DNA of 64,000 bases from an uncultured delta proteobacterium (lineage in GTDB: Bacteria; Desulfobacterota; Binatia; UBA9968): NCBI GenBank assembly GCA_963771465.1, contig CAVYTU010000017.1:64001-128000 (forward strand). Direction: 5' to 3'. Below the pieces are notes generated by a model. That model had not been told where the DNA came from and made no database searches. It saw only the letters and a list, made by a program, of their open reading frames with translations. Shown in pieces: positions 47,918 to 57,497 of this stretch. Positions within the stretch are counted from its first letter, which is position 1. Each line of letters starts with the position of its first letter. The translations under genes were made by a program, and so were the position numbers.

Positions 47918-48970
47918 CTAGAATGAAGATCGTCGCGTCATGTCGCGCATGGTGCTGCGCCATTTCTCCTCGAGCTTATCGATCTGCTCGGCGCTCAGAC
48001 CCTGTTCAGGATACCAGCGTTTGAATCCGTACTCTTTGCTCGGGTTGCCGTACTCATATTCTTCCAGCACTCTCTGACCGCCGGGACCGAGAATAAAATC
48101 GGCCAGTAGCAGCGCGGCGTGCGGATGCGGCGCCTTGGCCAACACCGCTGTGGAGCCGGAGTTGGAGGGCACGACGTCCATGGGGATCCATTCGATCGGC
48201 GCGCCGACTTTGAGCGATACTTCGACGTGATTGCGGAAGGTCGTCGGCGAAACGCCGACTTCGCCGGAGATCACCATGTCGAGCAGCGCGCGGCCTGAGA
48301 CATTATGCACGGCGGGGCTTAAAGATTTCAGTTTCCTGACGTATTCCTCGCCTTTGAACTTGAGCATGGCGCCGGTGACGGTGACGCCGGTATCGCTGCC
48401 GGCGAAAGCAATTTTATCTTTCAACTCCGGCCGCAAAAGTCCCTCGTAGTTTTTCGGCGCGAGTTTCGCTGGAATCAAGTTCTTGTTGTAGGCGAGGCCG
48501 ATATGAGATTCGCGATCGATGGCCCAGTAGACCAAACCTTTGGCCGCTTTTTCTTTGACATGGTCAGGATACTTCGCTTGAGTCGGAAAGAAATAGGGCA
48601 CGAGCAGGTTGATGTCTTTCAATAGTTTCAAGAGCGGGATCGTGGTCTCCATGGTGTCGGCGATGTAGCGCTGCGCCTGCGACTCGGCCAAGATGCGCGC
48701 GCTCATTTCCTGGCGCGTGGCGCGGTAGGATTCCACCGATACGCCGGGATATCTCGCCTCATAGGCGGCTGCGAGTTTTTTATACGAATCGCCTGCCAGC
48801 GATGTGTACCATGTGACTTTGCCTTCAGTCTTGGCGCCAGCGTAGAGCATTTTTTCGCGGTCCGGCTTGTTGTAGGCGGCCAATTGTTCGGTGGTCATCT
48901 TGACCTGAGCATTCGTCGTGTTCGCGATGCATAGGCTGACGAGCAATGCTGCTCCTGCGATCAATTTCAT
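47918..48970 (-). CDS. ABC solute-binding protein, paralog of 27672-28715
   Basis: Signal peptide, AKTEGKVTWYTSL, APHPHAALL..DF, EYGFKRWYPEQG shared with the paralog. Confidence 0.85.
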   Translation of the reverse strand: MKLIAGAALLVSLCIANTTNAQVKMTTEQLAAYNKPDREKMLYAGAKTEGKVTWYTSLAGDSYKKLAAAYEARYPGVSVESYRATRQEMSARILAESQAQRYIADTMETTIPLLKLLKDINLLVPYFFPTQAKYPDHVKEKAAKGLVYWAIDRESHIGLAYNKNLIPAKLAPKNYEGLLRPELKDKIAFAGSDTGVTVTGAMLKFKGEEYVRKLKSLSPAVHNVSGRALLDMVISGEVGVSPTTFRNHVEVSLKVGAPIEWIPMDVVPSNSGSTAVLAKAPHPHAALLLADFILGPGGQRVLEEYEYGNPSKEYGFKRWYPEQGLSAEQIDKLEEKWRSTMRDMTRRSSF

Positions 48971-48999
48971 TGGCGCTCTCCTTTGATCGATCATCCTGT

Positions 49000-49932
49000 T
49001 TAGTAACCGGTTTCCATCAACTGATGATAGTAAAGCTTGATAAACGGCTGCAGCCGCTCGATCCGTGTATAGTGGGCGAACTCCTGGGGAACTTTAATTT
49101 CTTTTTCGATTTGTGGCAGGCTCTTGCCGGCGGCGATTAATTTGGCGACTTCGTCGCGCATGACCACGAAGTAGCGCTTTTGTTCTTCAAGATCTTTGAC
49201 GCCACGGCCGACGTGCACGGGCCCGTGGCCGGGCACGTAGGTCTCAACCGGTAAATGGCGCGCCATGATACGGTCGAGTATCTCGATCCAACCTTTGACG
49301 TTGGAGAAAAAAATGTCGCCGGACTCGCCTTGGCCTGGATGTATCTCGGTGTCCAACAAGTCGCCCATCAGAAAAACCCGCTTCTGGGGTATATAGACCG
49401 TGAGATCGCCGGTGCTATGGCCCCTACCTTCGGCGGTGATCTGAAACGTCAAACCGCCGAAATAGAGAGTCATGTTGCTATCGAAAGCGATATCCGGTTG
49501 AACCAACGCTTTTCCTCGGTACGGCGCATTGCGCTCGTCCTTTGAATCCCGGCGCTCATTGAAACCGGCCCGTTCTTGCATTTGCAGATCGTGGGCCTGA
49601 GTCTTGGTCGCGATGAAGATAGGCTTGTCGTCGCGGAAGTACCACGCGCCGGATGCGTGATCGAGGGCGCTGTGCGACGAGATCAGATAGCGAATCTTTT
49701 TGTCGGTGAGTTTTCGTATGCCGGCGAGAACTTGATCGGCGGTTAGAATGTTGAAATCGAAAACCAGCACCCCGTCATCGGTAATCACCACGGTGGCGTT
49801 GCTGGCGCCTCGGGAATTCTCAAACATATGGACGCCGTCGGCAATCTTGACCAGGCGCATTTGTTCCGGCGCGGAAGCTGCGGTGGTGATACACCATACG
49901 CACGCGAGCAATAACGCGAATCTGGTTTTCAT
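49000..49932 (-). CDS. Exported MBL-fold (cyclase-like) hydrolase
   Basis: SHSALDHASG, GHSTGD, MGDL, VPGHG. Confidence 0.8.
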   Translation of the reverse strand: MKTRFALLLACVWCITTAASAPEQMRLVKIADGVHMFENSRGASNATVVITDDGVLVFDFNILTADQVLAGIRKLTDKKIRYLISSHSALDHASGAWYFRDDKPIFIATKTQAHDLQMQERAGFNERRDSKDERNAPYRGKALVQPDIAFDSNMTLYFGGLTFQITAEGRGHSTGDLTVYIPQKRVFLMGDLLDTEIHPGQGESGDIFFSNVKGWIEILDRIMARHLPVETYVPGHGPVHVGRGVKDLEEQKRYFVVMRDEVAKLIAAGKSLPQIEKEIKVPQEFAHYTRIERLQPFIKLYYHQLMETGY

Positions 49933-49966
49933 CGTTTTGACTTCCTCTGACGCATTCGTCCGGTGA

Positions 49967-50851
49967 TTATTGGATCATACCCAACGACTTTGCCATGTCG
50001 ATGGTGCGCCGGGCGCGTTCGATGATGGGGCGGTCGATCAATTGGCCACCAAACGCGATCGATCCGTCGCCGCGGGCGTTGGCTTCTTCGAACGCCTGCA
50101 GCACTTTTTGACAGTAGTCGATCTCTTCTGCGGTCGGACTGAAGACGGTGTTGATCGCATTCACTTGCGACGGGTGGATGCATGACATGGCGGAGAAACC
50201 TAGCTGCCGCGATTGTTTGGCAAAGCCGAGCAAGCCGGCGTTATCGTTGAGATCGACCCAGACGCCGTCGACCGCCTGTACGTGAGCGGCCGCAGCAGCG
50301 ACAACGATGGCCGAGCGCGCATAGATCAAATCGCGTGCTTCGCCTTCCCGCACCGTGGGTAGGCCGAGCTCGCGGCCAAAATCTTCCGCTCCAAACACCA
50401 ACCCGGTTACACGAGAGGAACTTGCCGCGATGGCCGGCGCATTGAGCAGTCCCTTGGGGCTCTCGATGGCAATGAGGAGTTTGATACCGCCGGCGGGTAT
50501 CCTCAGTTTGGATTCACGATCGGTGAGGATCGCGTCGACTTTGCGGGCTTCGGCCACGGTGTCGACTTTGGGCAACACCAAACCTTCCAACCCGGGCCGG
50601 ACAACAGCATCCAGGTCGGCGTCCATGCGCGGGTGGCCGATGGCATTGATGCGCACGTAGCGCGCCGGCGATCCGGGTGTTTTTTCACGACCCAGTGACT
50701 CAGCGATGTTTTTCCGCGCGGCGTCTTTTTCGTTTGGCGCGACGCCGTCCTCGATATCGAGCATGATGGCGTCGGCGTTTAGGCCCAACGCTTTATCGAT
50801 CATTTTCTGCCGGTGTCCCGGCACAAACATCCACGAGCGGATAAGCTCCAT
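49967..50851 (-). CDS. CitE/HpcH-family CoA-ester lyase
   Basis: RSWMFVPG, LDIEDGV, VRIN, IES, FGAED, IHPSQ; start at ATG 50851. Confidence 0.9.
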   Translation of the reverse strand: MELIRSWMFVPGHRQKMIDKALGLNADAIMLDIEDGVAPNEKDAARKNIAESLGREKTPGSPARYVRINAIGHPRMDADLDAVVRPGLEGLVLPKVDTVAEARKVDAILTDRESKLRIPAGGIKLLIAIESPKGLLNAPAIAASSSRVTGLVFGAEDFGRELGLPTVREGEARDLIYARSAIVVAAAAAHVQAVDGVWVDLNDNAGLLGFAKQSRQLGFSAMSCIHPSQVNAINTVFSPTAEEIDYCQKVLQAFEEANARGDGSIAFGGQLIDRPIIERARRTIDMAKSLGMIQ

Positions 50852-50960
50852 TGCAAAAATCTCCTTCGCCGAATTCATTACCTGATGGGGCGGCGAATGT
50901 CTAACGTCGCGAAGTGATTGGCCGTGCGGTTATTTACGATTGATCACTATGACGAACGAT

Positions 50961-51034
50961 AGATCTCTCACTTCGTTCGAGATGACAGGTATCAAGCTTC
51001 TCTCGGTTGTCATTTCGACCGCAGGGAGAAGTCT
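50961..51034. repeat. Inverted pair of TGTCAT-tagged REP-like palindromes
   Basis: TGTCATCTCGAACGAAGTGAGAGATCT at 50987 (-) and TGTCATTTCGACCGCAGGGAGAAGTCT at 51008 (+). Confidence 0.7.
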
Positions 51035-51086
51035 TTTCTGCCATTCAGTTGAAGATGATAAAATTTTAGAGAATAAGTGAAAAGAT

Positions 51087-52286
51087 ATGAAACTCAGCAC
51101 GGTAAAACTCCTATTGCCGATCATGGCGGTGACGATCCAGAGCAACTCGGCATCGACGGTGATTCCGCCGTTTCTCGATGACCTGCGCATGCCGGTGGCG
51201 CTGATCGGGACGTTGATTTCACTCGGTCCGATCTTTGCCCTCGCGGCGCGCTTGCCGGTGGGCATGCTCTACAATCGCAGCCACGTGCGCCTGTTGGTTT
51301 CCTTCGCTGTGCTGGCGATGGGCGTAACCAATTATTGCTATAGCTTTGCGGTTAACACTTGGTCCTTTGCCATCGTTCATTGTCTCAACGGCTTCGCTTA
51401 CAGTGCGGTAACTACGCTCTACATGGCGTTCTACGTCGACTCTTTGGCGCCGGATGAAAACCGCAATCATGCCATGGGCTATTACGTCGGTGGTTTGGCG
51501 CTGGGCTATTCGACGGGAAATTTTTTTGGCGGCCTGATCGCCGATCATTGGGGTTACGATTGGACTTTTCAACTTGGCGCGCTGCTGTCGCTGGTTTCCG
51601 TCGTCCTGCTGTGGATTTTACACGGCCCGCAGATAGCAGGCGAGCGCGAGGTGAAAGCGAAGGAGTCAGCGAAGCTAACTTCTAAAGATTCGCTCAAGGC
51701 TCTGCTCGAACCGGAACTGGCGACGGTGGTGCTAGTCGCGTTGTTTTTAAATCTCTTGCATCAAATGGGCGGCATTTTTATCTCGCTTTACGGCTTGTCG
51801 GTCGGTATGAGTCTGACGCAAATCGGTATCATCCGCGCCGCGTATGCAGGCTGTAACGCGGTGACCCGGCCGATCAGCGGTCATGTGGTGAACAAAGTCG
51901 GACACAAGGGTTTGTCTTATCTCGGCTTGCCGCTGCAATCGCTGATACTCATGTTGGTGCCGCTCTTCACGGGCTTTGGCACGATCCTAGTTGTCTATGT
52001 CGCCTCGGGCTTCATGCGCGCGATCGTTATCGTCGCCAATGCCGTGGGGTTGGTTCAGGACGTACCGGAATCGAAGGTGCGGCGCGGCCTTGCTTCCGGT
52101 GTCTACAACGCCGCCGGCGATCTTGGCAATATTCTCGGTCCGTCGATCGGTGGTTTCATCGCCCACGCGACGGGTATCGCCAGCGTGTTTGTCGTCGGCT
52201 CGTTGGGATCCACGATCCTGTTTTTGCTTGGAGTGCTGTTGGTGCGGCGTCTTAAGCAGAATCAAGAACCGGCTGTGCCGAGTTAA
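51087..52286 (+). CDS. MFS transporter
   Basis: About 12 TMs, GGLIADHWG, RGLASGVYN...DLG.ILGP.IGG. Confidence 0.85.
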   Translation: MKLSTVKLLLPIMAVTIQSNSASTVIPPFLDDLRMPVALIGTLISLGPIFALAARLPVGMLYNRSHVRLLVSFAVLAMGVTNYCYSFAVNTWSFAIVHCLNGFAYSAVTTLYMAFYVDSLAPDENRNHAMGYYVGGLALGYSTGNFFGGLIADHWGYDWTFQLGALLSLVSVVLLWILHGPQIAGEREVKAKESAKLTSKDSLKALLEPELATVVLVALFLNLLHQMGGIFISLYGLSVGMSLTQIGIIRAAYAGCNAVTRPISGHVVNKVGHKGLSYLGLPLQSLILMLVPLFTGFGTILVVYVASGFMRAIVIVANAVGLVQDVPESKVRRGLASGVYNAAGDLGNILGPSIGGFIAHATGIASVFVVGSLGSTILFLLGVLLVRRLKQNQEPAVPS

Positions 52287-52323
52287 CTCGCAAAAAGGAC
52301 ATGATCTAATAGTCGCCGTTCTG

Positions 52324-53163
52324 CTAACGCCACGCGACGATTACGAAGCGAAGCCCCACTAAACCCAACGTCAGGGCAAGCCCGCGCAGTATCCAGTCCG
52401 CATGTAGACGACGCGATAATCGAGCTCCAAGCTGTGCGCCTAAAATAACTCCAGGCGTTAGCAATAGAGCCAGACTCATACCGTGATGGAGAGGGCCGGC
52501 GAAAAGATGCGTCACTGCGCCAGTGAAGGACATAAACGCGAGGGTGAAAAGACTCGTGGCTGTGGCAGTCTGCACAGGGAAATCGAGGATGTATATGAAT
52601 GCCGGAACGTAGATGAACCCGGCGCCGATGCCCAAAAAGCTGGAGAGAAAACCCAAGCCTGTGCTCAATACCGCGCCGAGCGCAAGTTTCAAAGATGATA
52701 AGCGGGAAATCTCGGTGCGCGATCTCTGTGTCTCGCCGCCGCTACTTTTTCGTCCCGGCCGAACCAGTAGCAGCACCGAGAAGATGTTCAATAGCGCGCC
52801 AAAGAGTAAATCGAATTTCTGACGATTGATGGATGCGGTGGTCACGGCGCCGAATATCGAGCCTGGGATCGCAGCCAGGGCAAATGTCACGCCGGTCTTG
52901 TATTCGATTTTTTTTGCGCGCGCGTAGACTATCGATCCGGAAAGCGCATTGAAGAAAACCACGATCAACGAAATACTGGTGATCGTTGCCGGCGCTTCAT
53001 TGGGATAAAGCAACAGCAGGACGGGCACCAAGATAAAACCTCCGCCCGCTCCGATGAGGGTCCCAAAGGCGCCAACGACGAAACCAAGCGGCAAAAGCCA
53101 AAGAGCATCATGCAGTAATTCACCCGACACGTTGTGGCCTAGGATGCGACCCTTTGACTTCAA
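52324..53163 (-). CDS. TauE/SafE family exporter
   Basis: G.LIGAGGGFILVP and LGIGAGFIYVP repeats, ATATSL. Start uncertain. Confidence 0.85.
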   Translation of the reverse strand: MKSKGRILGHNVSGELLHDALWLLPLGFVVGAFGTLIGAGGGFILVPVLLLLYPNEAPATITSISLIVVFFNALSGSIVYARAKKIEYKTGVTFALAAIPGSIFGAVTTASINRQKFDLLFGALLNIFSVLLLVRPGRKSSGGETQRSRTEISRLSSLKLALGAVLSTGLGFLSSFLGIGAGFIYVPAFIYILDFPVQTATATSLFTLAFMSFTGAVTHLFAGPLHHGMSLALLLTPGVILGAQLGARLSRRLHADWILRGLALTLGLVGLRFVIVAWR

Positions 53164-54320
53164 TAGGACTTCGGCATGCCAAGCACATGCTGTCCCAGAT
53201 AGGCCAGCACTAAATTGTTGCTCACTGGCGCGACCGTCAACAGGCGCGTCTCGCGAAATTTCCGCTCGACATCATATTCGACGGCGAAACCGTAGCCGCC
53301 GTGGGTGGTCAGACAGGCATTGGCCGCTTCCCAGGCAGCCTCCGAGGCGAGATACTTTGCCAGGTTCGCTTCGGCGCCGCATTTTGCTTTGTGGTCGAAT
53401 TTGGTCGCGGCTTGGTAGCGGACCAAATCAGCGGCTTCAATATTGGCGTAGGCCTTGGCGATGGGGAATTGCACGCCCTGATTTGCGCCGATCGGTTTGC
53501 CGAAAACGATGCGTTCACTGGCATACGTCGCCGCTCTCTCGACGAACCAGCGGCCGTCGCCGATCGCTTCGGCGGCGACGAGGATTCTTTCCGCATTCCA
53601 ACCGTCGATGATGTAGCGAAAACCCATGCCTTCGGCGCCGATCAGATTTTCAACCGGCACTTCAACATTATCGAAAAATAGCGCGTTGGTATGGTGGTTG
53701 ATCATCAGGTCGAGGGGCTTAACTTCAAGCTTTCCTTGATTAGCTTTCAGATCGACAATGAAGACCGAGAGACCGCGAGTTTTATCCTCCAGCTCGTCAT
53801 ATGGCGTGGTGCGCGCGAGAAGTAGCATCAAGTCGGATTGCAGCACCCGGGAGATGAAAATCTTTTGGCCGTTGATCAGATAGCGGTCGCCTTTTTTAAC
53901 AGCGGTGGTTTGGATGCGCGTCGATTCCGAGCCGGCGTTGGGCTCGGTGACGCCGAAGGCCTGCAAGCGCAGCTCGCCGGTGGCGATCTTCGGCAAGTAG
54001 CGTTGCTTTTGCTCGACGTTGCCGTGACGCAAGAGCGTCCCCATGGTGTACATCTGCGCGTGGCACGCCGTCGCAACCCCGCCGGAGTGATTGATTTCTT
54101 CGAGGATGATGCTGGCTTCGGTGATGCCGAGGCCGGTGCCGCCGTATTCTTCCGGGATCAACGCTGCTAACCAGCCGAGGGCGGAAAGTTTTTGCACGAA
54201 GGCTTCCGGATAGGACTTCTTGGCGTCGATGTCGCGCCAGTAGGCGTCGGGAAATTCTTGGCAGACTTTTTTGATTTCTTCGCGGATCTGTTGCTGCTCG
54301 GTGGTCAGGTTGAAATCCAT
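53160..54320 (-). CDS. Acyl-CoA dehydrogenase
   Basis: IPEEYGG, FGVTEPNAGS, NGQKIF, R.VFGKPI, HGGYG, ER.FRE. Confidence 0.93.
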   Translation of the reverse strand: MDFNLTTEQQQIREEIKKVCQEFPDAYWRDIDAKKSYPEAFVQKLSALGWLAALIPEEYGGTGLGITEASIILEEINHSGGVATACHAQMYTMGTLLRHGNVEQKQRYLPKIATGELRLQAFGVTEPNAGSESTRIQTTAVKKGDRYLINGQKIFISRVLQSDLMLLLARTTPYDELEDKTRGLSVFIVDLKANQGKLEVKPLDLMINHHTNALFFDNVEVPVENLIGAEGMGFRYIIDGWNAERILVAAEAIGDGRWFVERAATYASERIVFGKPIGANQGVQFPIAKAYANIEAADLVRYQAATKFDHKAKCGAEANLAKYLASEAAWEAANACLTTHGGYGFAVEYDVERKFRETRLLTVAPVSNNLVLAYLGQHVLGMPKSY

Positions 54321-54385
54321 TACTTCCCCCTATAATTAGCTAGACTATAGCTGAATGTCGTTTTTGCCTAAAGAGGAGGAGTGTC

Positions 54386-54892
54386 ATGGCCGTGAAGCCG
54401 GGCTGGGAAGGGCGTTATTTTGAAGACTTCGAAGTCGGTGATGTCTATCGCTGCCGATTGGGCCGAACCGTCACAGAAGCCGACAATATTTGGTTCACTT
54501 TATTGACCAACAACACCAACCAGATTCATTTTAACAACGAGTACGGCAAGCGCACCGAGTTCGGCAAGTGTCTGATCAACAGCGCGTTGACGCTGGCAAT
54601 CGTCGCCGGCATGGGTGTGGCCGATGTGAGCGAGAACGGTTTTGCCTTGGGCTGGGATGGTATCAAGCTGCCCAATCCACTGTTCGCCGGCGATACGCTC
54701 TACTCCGAATCCGAAGTACTGGAGAAACGTGAATCGAGCTCCAAGCCACAGTGGGGCATCATCAAGGTGCGCACTCGCGGCGTTCAACAGGAGGGCAAAG
54801 TCGTCATCGACTACGCGCGCAGCGTGATGGTTTGGAAAAAAGCTTTCGCGCCGAAAACGGATTTGTTTCCCGAGATTAAGGATAATAAATAG
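54386..54892 (+). CDS. MaoC-family (hot-dog) dehydratase
   Basis: GRYFEDFEVG, GRTVTEADN, N..QIH, P.FAGDTLYSESEV. Confidence 0.9.
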   Translation: MAVKPGWEGRYFEDFEVGDVYRCRLGRTVTEADNIWFTLLTNNTNQIHFNNEYGKRTEFGKCLINSALTLAIVAGMGVADVSENGFALGWDGIKLPNPLFAGDTLYSESEVLEKRESSSKPQWGIIKVRTRGVQQEGKVVIDYARSVMVWKKAFAPKTDLFPEIKDNK

Positions 54893-54899
54893 TGCTTTT

Positions 54900-54944
54900 G
54901 GTTCCAAGCGTTCCAGCCCTTCAAGACGTTCAAATCGTCTAAGC
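54900..54944 (+). repeat. 9-nt tandem repeat (GTTCAA family)
   Basis: ggttccaag cgttccagc ccttcaaga cgttcaaat cgtctaagc. Confidence 0.6.
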
Positions 54945-54961
54945 CGAGATACGAGGTAATC

Positions 54962-56161
54962 GTGGCAGAGAATCGCAAGCCATCGCGCGCGCTGGATGGC
55001 GTCAAAATCTTAGCTTTCGAGCAGGTGCTGTCGGGGCCGTTCGCCACGTGTCTGCTCGCTGATATGGGCGCCGAAGTGATTAAAGTCGAGCGTCCCGGCG
55101 TCGGCGACGTGATTCGCTCGTGGGATTCTGTGGTGAAGGGAATGTCGTCCGGCTATGTTTGGCTCAATCGCAACAAGCGCAGCTTGACCGTCGACGTTAA
55201 GAAAGAAAAAGGCCGCGCAATTCTTCAAGCGTTGGCAAAGCGGTCGGATATTTTTTTTGAAAACTACGCGCCCGGCGTGGCTGGCCGGCTTGGGCTCGGC
55301 TATGAAAAACTTTTCGAAGTGAATCCGCGGTTAATTTATTGTTCGCTCTCCGGTTACGGTCAAGACGGGCCGTACCGGGACGTCAAAGCATATGATCTCT
55401 TGATCCAAGGCGAAGGCGGCATCATCGCCACGACTGGCTATCCTGATAAGCCGGCGCGAGCGGGCATCGCTATCGCGGACATCGCATCTGGAATGTACGC
55501 GGCGATCGGCATTCTGCTCGCCCTCTATCAACGGGAGAAAACCGGCGAAGGGCAGTTGATCGATGTGTCGATGCTCGATTCGATCGTGTCATGGCTCGGT
55601 TATTTTCCGCACCACTACTGGCACGCCGGCGAGGAGCCGGGGCGCGTGGGTATGCGCCATCACTATGTCTGTCCGTACGGTCCGTATCTGGCCGGTGACG
55701 GCGAATACGTCAATCTGGCGGTGGCGAATCCGGCGGATTGGGATGTTTTCTGCAAAGTCGTCATTGAAAAGCCGGAGCTCTTGACCGATGCGCGTTTCGC
55801 AAGTGTTCAGGATCGGCGTAAGAATCGCACTCTCCTGGAAGAAACCATCGAGAATATTTTCGCCTCCCGCGATCACAAGCACTGGCTGGCTCAACTCAAA
55901 AAAGCCGATCTGCCGCACGGCATCGTCCGCGGTATCGCCCAGGTGCTGGCGCACCCGCAAGTGGCCGCGCGCAAACTTATCCGCGAAGCCGACTCGCCGG
56001 TGGGCCCCGTGCCGGTGATTGCCAACGCGCTGAAAATGTCAGCGAGCGAGGCGCGCTACGATCGCATTCCCGCCCTCGGCGAGAATAGCGAGGCGATTCT
56101 AAGCGAGCTTGGCTACGACTCTGAAGCTATTGCCATGCTACGAAGCGAAAAGGTCGTTTAA
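54962..56161 (+). CDS. CoA-transferase family III (CaiB/BaiF)
   Basis: GPFAT.LLADMGAEVIKVE, NRNKRS, GYGQDGPY, AYD, IADI, P.LGE. Confidence 0.93.
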   Translation: MAENRKPSRALDGVKILAFEQVLSGPFATCLLADMGAEVIKVERPGVGDVIRSWDSVVKGMSSGYVWLNRNKRSLTVDVKKEKGRAILQALAKRSDIFFENYAPGVAGRLGLGYEKLFEVNPRLIYCSLSGYGQDGPYRDVKAYDLLIQGEGGIIATTGYPDKPARAGIAIADIASGMYAAIGILLALYQREKTGEGQLIDVSMLDSIVSWLGYFPHHYWHAGEEPGRVGMRHHYVCPYGPYLAGDGEYVNLAVANPADWDVFCKVVIEKPELLTDARFASVQDRRKNRTLLEETIENIFASRDHKHWLAQLKKADLPHGIVRGIAQVLAHPQVAARKLIREADSPVGPVPVIANALKMSASEARYDRIPALGENSEAILSELGYDSEAIAMLRSEKVV

Positions 56162-56181
56162 AGTTTCACCAGATTCGAATT

Positions 56182-56742
56182 ATGGGTAAGCCGGTGATTG
56201 GCGTCATGGGCGCGTCGTCCAACGATGGCCTTACGACAGGTGAGGCGAGTCGTCTGCGAACGCTCGCGCAGAATTTGGGTTCGGCAATTGCCGAGGCCGG
56301 CTGTATTCTCGCCACTGGGGTGACGACGGGCTTGCCGGATCTCGTCGCAATAGCTTTTCGCAAGCAAGGGGGCTTCGCGCTGGGAATCTCTCCGGCTGAA
56401 AATCGTCTCGATCATGTCACGCGTTACGGTCTACCTGAAGACGGCGCCGATGTGATGGTCTATACCGGTTTCGGCTACAAGGGCCGCAACGTCATCAACA
56501 TTCGCTCATCGGACATCGTGCTGATCATCGGCGGCGCCACCGGGACGCTCAACGAATTCACCATCGCCTACGACGAAGGAAAGATAATCGGCGTGCTTGA
56601 ATCGAGCGGCGGCATCGCGGCGCATCTGCGCGAAGTCATCGACTATTGCCAGAAGCCAACCACCGGCGTGGTCTATTTCGATAATGATCCGCAGGCATTA
56701 GTTACGCGCTGTATGTCCGCGCTAGCTGGCGCGACGCGTTAG
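56182..56742 (+). CDS. SLOG/LOG-like (TIGR00725-type) nucleotide-binding protein
   Basis: IGVMG, TG..TG.P, GISP, GRN, GGATGTLNE. Confidence 0.8.
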   Translation: MGKPVIGVMGASSNDGLTTGEASRLRTLAQNLGSAIAEAGCILATGVTTGLPDLVAIAFRKQGGFALGISPAENRLDHVTRYGLPEDGADVMVYTGFGYKGRNVINIRSSDIVLIIGGATGTLNEFTIAYDEGKIIGVLESSGGIAAHLREVIDYCQKPTTGVVYFDNDPQALVTRCMSALAGATR

Positions 56743-56837
56743 GCGAGTAACGACAATTGCCGGGCGAATAACGTAAGCGCGTCGAGGTTGATTGTCGCCT
56801 ACGCGATGACCTAGGCACTTTTAAACAACCGTGTCGG

Positions 56838-57458
56838 TCAGCGTCCGACTTTCTGTCCGGCTTTGTTGGCCGCCCGCGCCTTCAGATAATTTCTCGCGAG
56901 TTCCTGGAGAGACTTGCGGTGTAAGCCTGATTTGCTCGCTTCTTCGACGGCCCGTTCCTCATCCCAGCCTCGTTCGGCTAGATTGAACATCATCATGTAA
57001 GGCGCGACCCGTTCGGCGAATGCGCAATTGATCAGCATCGGCTGATTGCGTTTATCGCGCAGCAAACCGAGGAATTCATCGACCTGGTTATGTTTGGGCA
57101 GCGTCGCAAGAACCGGCAGGTTAAAGTAGCGAAGTTGATTTTTCTCCACCATGAAACGTTCGCGCAGCAAATCCACACCGTCGCTCCGCGAGCGCAGGGT
57201 TAATACCGAACGAAAGCCGTTGGCCGCGGCTTTGGCGTACGCTTGATCCGACGGTTGGCCGCCGGCGGTCGGTTTGTCGTCTATGCAAAGGATAATCGGC
57301 GCGTCGACCTTAAGCAGTGCATCGAACTCACCGGCCAGTGGTTTTTGGCTTTGGCGCGGCTCTTGGGCTGAGCCGGCATACGGGGATGCCATAATGGCCA
57401 AAGCGCAAATCCCGGCACGCAGACCACCGCGATGATTGAATGAACTGGTTGGTTTCAT
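56838..57458 (-). CDS. Exported DUF442/PTP-like phosphatase or sulfurtransferase
   Basis: Signal peptide, GGQP, GFRSVL.LR, YFNLPV, INCAFAER (C-x4-R loop). Confidence 0.7.
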   Translation of the reverse strand: MKPTSSFNHRGGLRAGICALAIMASPYAGSAQEPRQSQKPLAGEFDALLKVDAPIILCIDDKPTAGGQPSDQAYAKAAANGFRSVLTLRSRSDGVDLLRERFMVEKNQLRYFNLPVLATLPKHNQVDEFLGLLRDKRNQPMLINCAFAERVAPYMMMFNLAERGWDEERAVEEASKSGLHRKSLQELARNYLKARAANKAGQKVGR

Positions 57459-57497
57459 TCTCCGTGCCTGGACTTATCCACTGGTGAAAACATTCGG

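Noticed and set aside
56182-56742. SLOG protein as part of a nucleotide-signalling defence system
   Set aside because: Stand-alone short LOG-like protein among metabolic genes, with no TIR, SIR2 or effector neighbours.
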